Positions 57,047 to 64,000 of a stretch of DNA of 64,000 bases are shown in pieces. The notes under the pieces are model-generated. The model saw nothing but the letters and a program-made list of their open reading frames with translations, searched no databases and was not told the DNA's origin. The translations under genes were made by a program, and so were the position numbers. The stretch's first letter is position 1; every line of letters starts with the position of its first letter. Source of the DNA: an uncultured Actinomycetota bacterium (GTDB lineage Bacteria; Actinomycetota; Thermoleophilia; RBG-16-64-13); the NCBI GenBank assembly GCA_963701105.1, contig OY969565.1, forward strand, positions 583,429 through 647,428. The letters are read 5' to 3'.

Positions 57047-57939
57047 TCAGACAGCCCTATCCGCCATCGCGCGTTTTCGATAGCGGGGTTCCCGCTCCTT
57101 CCAATAGGTGAGAAGCGGGGAAGCCACGAAGATAGAGGAGTACGCTCCCGAGGCGATGCCGATGAACAGCGCGAAAGCGAAGTCTTTGAGCGTCGCTCCC
57201 CCGAACAACAGGATGGTCGCAATGGGGAGCAGAGTGGTCAAAGCCGTGTTCAAGGATCGGGCCAGCGTCTGTCGTATGGAGAGGTCGACCATGGAAGAGT
57301 AGGATTCCTTCTTCATGAAGGCTTGGTTCTCCCTGATCCGGTCGAAGACGATGATGGTGTCGTTCACTGAGTATCCCACGATGGTCAGGATGGCCGCGAC
57401 GGTGGCTGTGGTGACGAGACGTCCGGTCACCGCGTACACGCCCAGGGTGAGAGCCACGTCGTGCAGTAGCGCGACGATAGCGGGAAAGGCGAACTTGTAT
57501 TCGAATCGCCAGGTGATGTACAGGATGATCACGGCGACGGACACCAGGATGGCGATGAGGGCCTTCTGCCCGGTCTCGGCGCCGAAACTCGCGCCGACCC
57601 GTTCGGTCCCGGCGGCCGATTCCTCAGCCCCGTATTTCTCGCCGAGTGCGGCAATGATGGCGGCTTCCTGCTGATCGGAGAGCTCCGAAGCGGTGATGAC
57701 GAAACCTCTGTCGCCCACCGGCTGTACGACGCTGTCGCCGACCCCGGCTTTCGACACGATGGCCCTGACGTCGGCGGTGGGCGCATCCTGCTTGAGTTGG
57801 ACCTCGAGACGGACACCGCCGTTGAACTCGATGCCCAACCGGAGTCCAAGAATCAGTATCGCGGCAAGGCGAACACCGTCACGGCACCGAGCAATATCAT
57901 CGACCAGCGCTTGTACTTCATGAAGGGATATATGGTCAT
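57047..57939 (-). CDS. secF: Protein translocase subunit SecF (frameshift near 57865)
   Basis: GIEFNGG, VGASFG, RFE, HD, GYSVNDTIIVFDRIRE, YSSIFVASP; N-terminus MTIYPFMKYKRW lies in another frame. Confidence 0.9.
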
Positions 57940-59334
57940 CTAATGCTCCGTTTCAACGCCCAGGCCCGTGAGCTTGGAGTTCTTGAACATCTTGAGGCCC
58001 GCGAGAAGGGCGAGTAGGGAGCGGGTGACCACGATTGCTGTGAACATGGAAAGCGCTACCCCGATCCCGAGCGTGAGCGCGAAGCCGCGCACCCCCCCGC
58101 TCGCCGCCCAGAAGAGGACGACGGCGGTTATCAGGGTGGTGACGTTGGCGTCGAAAATGGCACTCAGGGCTTTCTTGAACCCGGACTCCACAGCGGTGCG
58201 GACGCTCTTCCCGGCGTGCACTTCCTCACGGATGCGCGCGAAGATGATCACGTTCGCGTCGACCGCCATTCCCAGGGTGAGGATCATCCCGGCGATACCG
58301 GGCAAGGTGAGGGTCGCATGTATGGAGTTCAGGATGCCCCAGAAGAGCACCCCGTAGATGAGCAGGGCGATGTCGGCGACCAGTCCCAGAAGGCGGTAGT
58401 AGACAAGCATGAAGATCGCCACTAAGACCAGGCCGATGACCCCGGCCAACAGCGCTTGGTTGAGCGAGGCCTTGCCCAGAGTGGCGCCGATGGAGCGCTC
58501 GTCTATGACTTTGAGTTCGATCGGTAGGGCACCGGTCTGCAGCACGAGCACGAGATTCTTCGCCTCTTCCAGAGAGAAGCGTCCTGTGATCTCGGCGCGC
58601 CCTCCGTCGATGCGCTCAGAGACCCGAGGAGCGGACTGCACCACTCCGTCGAGGACGATGGCGAGCAGCTGATCCCGTCCGGTGACTTGGGCTCGTTGCG
58701 CCAACTTCTCGGTGATATCGGCGAACGCCTTCGCTCCGTCCGGTTTGAACTGCATGTCGACCTTGGGCTGATTGTTGACGTCGAAGCCCACCTGCGCGCC
58801 CGACAAGCCCGACCCCGTGACCGCGGGTGCCGCCGACACGATGTAGAACCTATCGGGACCCGCCCCGTCGGACGGGGGCCAGCGGATCAGCCTCTTGTCC
58901 GCCGGCAGGTCGGCCTCAGCGGTGACTCCCGCCGCGGTCAAGGCCTCTTGCTCTGAATTGTACGCAGTGCCGAAATCCTGCACGTCGTAGAACTCAAGCA
59001 CAGCGGTCTTGCCTATGATTGCGAGCGCCTCTTCCTTGTTCGCGATGCCGGGGAGTTGGACGCTGATCTTCCACTCGCCCTGTTGCTGCACCTCCGGCTC
59101 CGTGACTCCGAGACGGTTGATGCGATCGTTGATGATGCTGATGGTCTGCTTCATTCCCTCGGCGGTGCGAGGGGCCCGGGCCGAATCTTGGGCTTCCAGG
59201 ACCACAGCGAGCCCGCCTCGGAGGTCGAGCCCGAGTCGGGTGCTGCTGCCGGGCGGGTAGATGAAATACCCGGCCACGCCCAGTAGCACCGCAACCACCA
59301 CCAGGATCAGCACGTTGCGTCGCGTCGCGGACAA
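57940..59334 (-). CDS. secD: Protein translocase subunit SecD
   Basis: LGLDLRGG, RINRLGVTEP, GALP, LTLPGIAG..GMAVDAN, DANVTT. Confidence 0.95.
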   Translation of the reverse strand: MSATRRNVLILVVVAVLLGVAGYFIYPPGSSTRLGLDLRGGLAVVLEAQDSARAPRTAEGMKQTISIINDRINRLGVTEPEVQQQGEWKISVQLPGIANKEEALAIIGKTAVLEFYDVQDFGTAYNSEQEALTAAGVTAEADLPADKRLIRWPPSDGAGPDRFYIVSAAPAVTGSGLSGAQVGFDVNNQPKVDMQFKPDGAKAFADITEKLAQRAQVTGRDQLLAIVLDGVVQSAPRVSERIDGGRAEITGRFSLEEAKNLVLVLQTGALPIELKVIDERSIGATLGKASLNQALLAGVIGLVLVAIFMLVYYRLLGLVADIALLIYGVLFWGILNSIHATLTLPGIAGMILTLGMAVDANVIIFARIREEVHAGKSVRTAVESGFKKALSAIFDANVTTLITAVVLFWAASGGVRGFALTLGIGVALSMFTAIVVTRSLLALLAGLKMFKNSKLTGLGVETEH

Positions 59335-59483
59335 GGCTATACCTTCCTCAGATCGTCATGTTGTGTACGGGCGGCCGGGCCGGATCGCAGTGTCGAGCCC
59401 GACGAGGGAGCGCAGAAGAAAACGCACCCCGCCGCCGATGTCATTGTTCTATGTGGAGATCAGGCTCGGAAGTCACCCGAGAT

Positions 59484-59813
59484 TCAGACTCCCTCGGGTT
59501 CCTCCGGCTCGGGCGCCTCTATCTCAACGGGCACCACGTGGCGCAGCACCGAATCGCTTATGACCTCCGCGATGGCCTTGCGAGAAAGGTTGATGTCGAC
59601 GCCCTTCGCGATCTCGATGACCACGATGGCTTCCTCGGTGCGTTTGACCTTGCCGTGGATGCCGCCCACCGAGATGATGCGGTCGCCGCGCTTGACCGAC
59701 GAAACGAGTGCGTCGTGGGCCTTGCGCTGCCTCTGCTGGGGACGGATGGCAAGGAAGTAGAATATGGCTATGAAGCCTAGTACGTAGAGCGCGAGAAGAC
59801 CGAAACTGCCCAA
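59484..59813 (-). CDS. yajC: Preprotein translocase subunit YajC
   Basis: FYFLAIRPQQR..GDRIISVGGIHG. Confidence 0.92.
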   Translation of the reverse strand: MGSFGLLALYVLGFIAIFYFLAIRPQQRQRKAHDALVSSVKRGDRIISVGGIHGKVKRTEEAIVVIEIAKGVDINLSRKAIAEVISDSVLRHVVPVEIEAPEPEEPEGV

Positions 59814-59901
59814 TCTATCCTCCTAGGATATGCCGCGTTGTCGGGCGGTACTCTATCGCTAGCCGGTATAGTATCACGCACTTGTCGGCCATCGGCCCGG
59901 A

Positions 59902-61094
59902 CTATGACGGGGAAAAGGACTCGACGACTCTCTTCTTGAATGGCGCGTACCTCCCCTCGCAGATGGCGGCTCTTGCCTCTTGCACCAAACGGAACAAGAA
60001 GACGAGGTTGTGCTCCGTGAGGAGCTGCAGGCCGAGTATCTCCTTCTGCATCACGAAATGCCGAAGAGCGCCCAGTGGGAATGTGGAACAGGCCCGGCAC
60101 GGGCAGCCGGGTTCGAGAGGCTCCCGCGAGCGTGCGTGCTCCGCGTTGCGCAGGTTGATGCGCCCGCGGCGAGTAAAGGCCGTGCCCATGCGGGCGATGC
60201 GGGTGGGCAGGACGCAGTCGAACATGTCGATGCCACGGTCTATCACCTCGAGAAGTCCGACCGGATCACCGATCCCCATGAAGTAGCGAGGCCGGTCGGC
60301 AGGCAGGAGAGCTGCCGTGAGCGCGGTTGTCTCGAGTGTGGCCCCCCGCTCCTCGCCCACCGACAGCCCTCCGACGGCATACGCGGGGAAGCCCACCTCA
60401 AGGAGACCCTCGGCACTGATGCGGCGCAGTCGCGGATCGATACCTCCCTGCACGATGCCGAACAACATCTGCGGGCCGTCGGTGCCCTCGCCTCCCGCTT
60501 CGAGATGCGCGTCCCGGCAGCGCCTGGCCCACCGCGTGGTCCTCTGCACCGCCTTCTCGATCTCCTCGGTGCGGCGCCGGCCGACGGGCACTCGTCGAAG
60601 CTCATGACCATGTCGGCGCCCAGCATCTGCTGCTCGCGCATGACGCGCTCCGGCGTGAATTCGTGGAGCGAGCCGTCGTAGACCGAGCGGAAGGTCACCC
60701 CGTCGTCGTCGATGCGGGTAGTGGCCTTGAGGCTGAAGACCTGGAAGCCGCCGCTGTCTGTGAGGATGGGGCCCGGCCAACCCATGAACGAGTGAAGGCC
60801 TCCCAGATGGGCCACCGTCTCGCTCCCGGGTCGCAGGGCCAGGTGATACGTGTTTGCCAAGACGATCCCAGCGCCGATCTCCCGAAGCCGGTGCGGGGAG
60901 ATGGCTTTGACCGTCCCCTTGGTGCCCACCGGCATGAAGCAGGGAGTATCCACGGCTCCTCGTAGAGTCTCCAGGGTCCCGGCGCGGGCTGCTCCGTCCG
61001 TGGCAACGAGCTTGAAGGGGAAGGCGGGCAGCGCCGACTCAGGCACCCGCACGCCGGACCGGACTGGCCCGCTCGCCTCCTGTCCCCGGCTCAC
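59902..61094 (-). CDS. tgt: tRNA-guanine transglycosylase (frameshift near 60570)
   Basis: [24 protein letters not shown]; then FGIVQGG, GGLSVGE, DMFDCV.PTR, CPCRAC, HN. Confidence 0.92.
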
Positions 61095-62207
61095 GCTTGC
61101 GCCCCCCGGGCAGCGAGGAACATAGCATCACCGAAGCTGAAGAAGCGGTAGCGCTCGGCGACGGCGGCCTCGTAGCAGTCGCGCACGAATCCGACGCCAC
61201 CGAAGGCCATGACCAGGGCCAGTAATGAGGTGCGTGGCAGATGGAAGTTCGTGAGCAAAGCGTCGACCGCGCGGAACGTGTAGCCCGGCGTGATGTAGAC
61301 ACGGGTGGCGCCGTCCAGCGGAGACGTGGGGCCTTCGCCCGGGTCGGACTCGCGGTAGAGGGTCTCGAGAACGCGAACCGCGGTCGTGCCCACCGCGACC
61401 ACCCGCCGGCCTGAGGCGCGCGCCTCGTCGATGGCAGCCGCCGCATCCCGGCCCACGTGGTACCACTCACTGTGGATGGCGTGGTCCTCGATCCGGGCTC
61501 GGTCAGCGGACGGAAGGTATAACGCCCACGTGCAGGGTGACGCCTTCCACGGCGACCCCCCGACCCCGCAAGGCCTCGATCAGTCCGGTGGTGAAATGGA
61601 GCCCCGCCGTGGGCGCCGCCGCCGAACCGGTGACGTTGGCGTACACCGTCTGGTAGTCGCGCTCGTCGCGGAGGGGCTCGTGGATGTAGGGCGGCAGAGG
61701 CATAGCGCCGTAGGTGTCCAAGAGCTCAAGGACGCCTGGTTCCCCCTCGCGCCACCGTCCAGCGCCCGTCACCGTAGGGAGAGACGAGTTCGAGTCCCTC
61801 TCCTCCCTCGAGCGAGAGCACTTGTCCGGCGCGCAGACGGGCTGATGGGCGGGCCAGCACCTCCCAGAGTTCCCTGTGCGCTCCGGCCGAGCGCCCGGCG
61901 GCCGATGTGGCGGCGGGCGTCGACGAGCGGGGTGGCCTTCTCCGTCGTCCAGCCGTCGCAGGAAGAGCAACTCTACCTTTCCCCCCGTCTGTTTCCGGAC
62001 CCAGGCGCGGGCGGGGAACACCTTCGACTCGTTGACGACCAGGAGGTCTCCCTGATGGAGCAGGTGCTCGATGTCGCGGAAGCGCCGGTGATCGATCATC
62101 CCTGTCCGTGGGTCGGCGACCAGGAGCCTACAGGCATCCCGCGGTTCGCAGGGATGCTGTGCCACCAGGCTTTCGGGGAAATCGAAATCGAGTTCTTCAA
62201 GTCGCAC
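61091..62207 (-). CDS. queA: S-adenosylmethionine:tRNA ribosyltransferase-isomerase (several frameshifts)
   Basis: [38 protein letters not shown]; [25 protein letters not shown]. Confidence 0.9.
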
Positions 62208-62241
62208 GGGCTAGCGACTCCGCACGATCTCGCCCAGCCTG

Positions 62242-62767
62242 CTACTCGGCACGGTAGCGCTCCCACTCCGAGAGGAGACAGCCGCAATACTTCTGGCGAT
62301 ACAATCCCGCTTCTCGGGCGGCCCGCGGGAGGCCGAGTAGCGGGCCGGAGATCCTGGTAGAGGAACTCCACCCCGTACTCCTCCTCGGCGGCGGCGCCGC
62401 CGGCGCGGATGGCGTCGTGGTCCTGCCAAGGACTGATGGCGAGGCTGGTAGAGAATGCCTCGAACCCCGAGGCGGCCGCTCGCTGCGCAGTCCCGCGCAT
62501 CCGCGAGCCGATGCAGCGGACACACCGTCCGGCGGGGCCGCGCCGATACTCGTCGAACCAGGCCGCCGGATCGTAGGTAGGTCGTCGAGCAGGTCGAGGC
62601 CGCGCTGTTCGGCGAGGTCGCGCGCCCCCGTGAGCCTCCTGCGGAACTCGAGAAGGGATGGATGTTGGGATTGCGGAAGAAACCGGTCACGTGGACGCCT
62701 TCATCCCGCCAGTGATCCAGCGTGTCCGTGGCGCAGGGCCCGCAACATATGTGAAGCAGAGGTTCAC
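62242..62767 (-). CDS. queH: Epoxyqueuosine reductase QueH (DUF208), several frameshifts
   Basis: Fragments [34 protein letters not shown] in different frames; adjacent to queA/tgt. Confidence 0.82.
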
Positions 62768-63830
62768 GTTTCGAACAGCGTGTCCGGCCCGCCCGGAGGC
62801 TTGGCCCCGCAGTGCAGGTATCCCAGGCGCGTGAGCACCCGGCCGCGCGGAGTGCTCTTGAGGAAGCCCCGCTGCAGCAGGTAGGGCTCGTATACGTCCT
62901 CTATGGTGTCGGGTTCCTCCCCGATGGCCACCGCCAGCGTGAAAGGCCCACGGGACCGCCATCGAACTTCCCCAAGATCAGGGTCAGTATCTCGCGGTCC
63001 ACCCGGTCGAGCCCCTCGTCGTCGACCTGGAACAGACGCAACGCCTCCCGGGCAACCTCCGCGGAGATCTGCCCTCGTGGCGCACCTGGGCGTAGTCGCT
63101 CACCCGTTTGAGCAGACGATTGGCGATCCGCGGGGTGCCTCTGGCACGGAGAGCGAGTCTCCTGGGTCGCCTCGGTCGATGCCCACCTCCAGGATCTCGG
63201 CCGATCGGGCGATGATCGAGGCGAGGTCGGCGTCGGAGTAGTAGTCGAGTCGGTGAGAGAAACCGAAGCGGTCACGAAGAGGCGTGGTGATCAGCCCGGA
63301 GCGCGTGGTGGCGCCGATGAGCGTGAAGCGCGGAAGGTCGAGGCGGATGCTGCGGGCGCTCGGACCCTGCCCGATGATGATGTCGATCTCGAAATCCTCC
63401 ATCGCCGGATACAGGATCTCTTCGATGGCACGGTTCAGCCGGTGGATCTCGTCTATGAAGAGGACGTCGCCTTCTTCCAGATTCGTGAGAATGGCGGCCA
63501 TATCCGCCTTCTTCTCGAGCGCGGGCCCCGAGGTGGTCACGATGTGCACGCCCATCTCGAGGGCGATGATGGTGGCCAACGTGGTCTTGCCCAGCCCGGG
63601 AGGACCCGCCAGGAGCACGTGATCAAGCGGCTCCCCACGATTCTTGGCCGCCTCGATGAAGATGGCGAGTTGCTCTTTCAGCACAGGTTGGCCGAGGAAT
63701 CCGGTGAGGGTACGTGGGCGCAGCGAGCCTTCGATCTCTTGGTCGTCCACGACTCCTCGGGATCGGCCAGGCGTTCGTCCGCGTCGCCTCGGTCCAGGCC
63801 GTCGTCGGGAGTCACGAACGGGTTCACCAT
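62764..63830 (-). CDS. ruvB: Holliday junction branch migration helicase RuvB (several frameshifts)
   Basis: [41 protein letters not shown]; later fragments VDDEGLD..GGPVG. Confidence 0.92.
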
Positions 63831-64000
63831 CAGCCCCGCCTTAGCGCGCGACGGACCATTTCGTTCACGGGAGCATCGGCGTCGGCGTCACGCAGGAGGG
63901 CATCCGCTTCTGCCAGGCCGATGCCGAGTTCCGCCAGCGCGGCCCGCGCGATGGCGAGGTTGCCCGCGTCGTCGGACGTCCCGCGACCCGCGGCCACGAA
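63830..64000 (-). CDS. ruvA: RuvA C-terminal domain (5' end outside window)
   Basis: ARAALAELG....EA......EMVRRALR*, directly upstream of ruvB. Confidence 0.75.
   Translation of the reverse strand, partial: FVAAGRGTSDDAGNLAIARAALAELGIGLAEADALLRDADADAPVNEMVRRALRRG

Overview
GC-rich bacterial chromosomal segment of mostly core genes, with no clear mobile element or CRISPR. The gene set (gcvH-GarA-like FHA-MerR block, RsiG-like anti-sigma, SigB/F-type sigma) combined with Firmicute-like gene order suggests a deep-branching actinobacterium (Thermoleophilia/Rubrobacteria-like); this assignment is an inference. The window spans the probable replication terminus: nearly all genes lie on + up to ~30.5 kb and on - afterwards, and a dif-like 28-mer sits at the switch (30784-30811). 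The left arm carries ald, xerD, a deoB-PNP fusion, pdp, a tRNA nucleotidyltransferase, scpAB, rluB, the hisC-aroF-tyrA-aroA-cmk-plsC-ispH-der-plsY-gpsA run, tRNA-Pro and manC/PMM. The right arm carries pilB/T/C, aroE, mltG, ruvX, alaS, a SigB-like operon, a NifU-MnmA fusion, 6S RNA, aspS, hisS, rel, recJ, secDF, yajC, tgt, queA, queH and ruvAB. The most interesting part is a cluster around the terminus that may form a c-di-GMP-controlled type IV pilus/polarity circuit: Myxococcus-type MglA/MglB, a single-motif RsiG-like anti-sigma, a PilB with an MshEN domain, an atypical sigma factor overlapping pilC, and an unannotated ~190-nt transcript next to dif. Frameshifts in several conserved genes become denser toward the right end and look like long-read or assembly errors.
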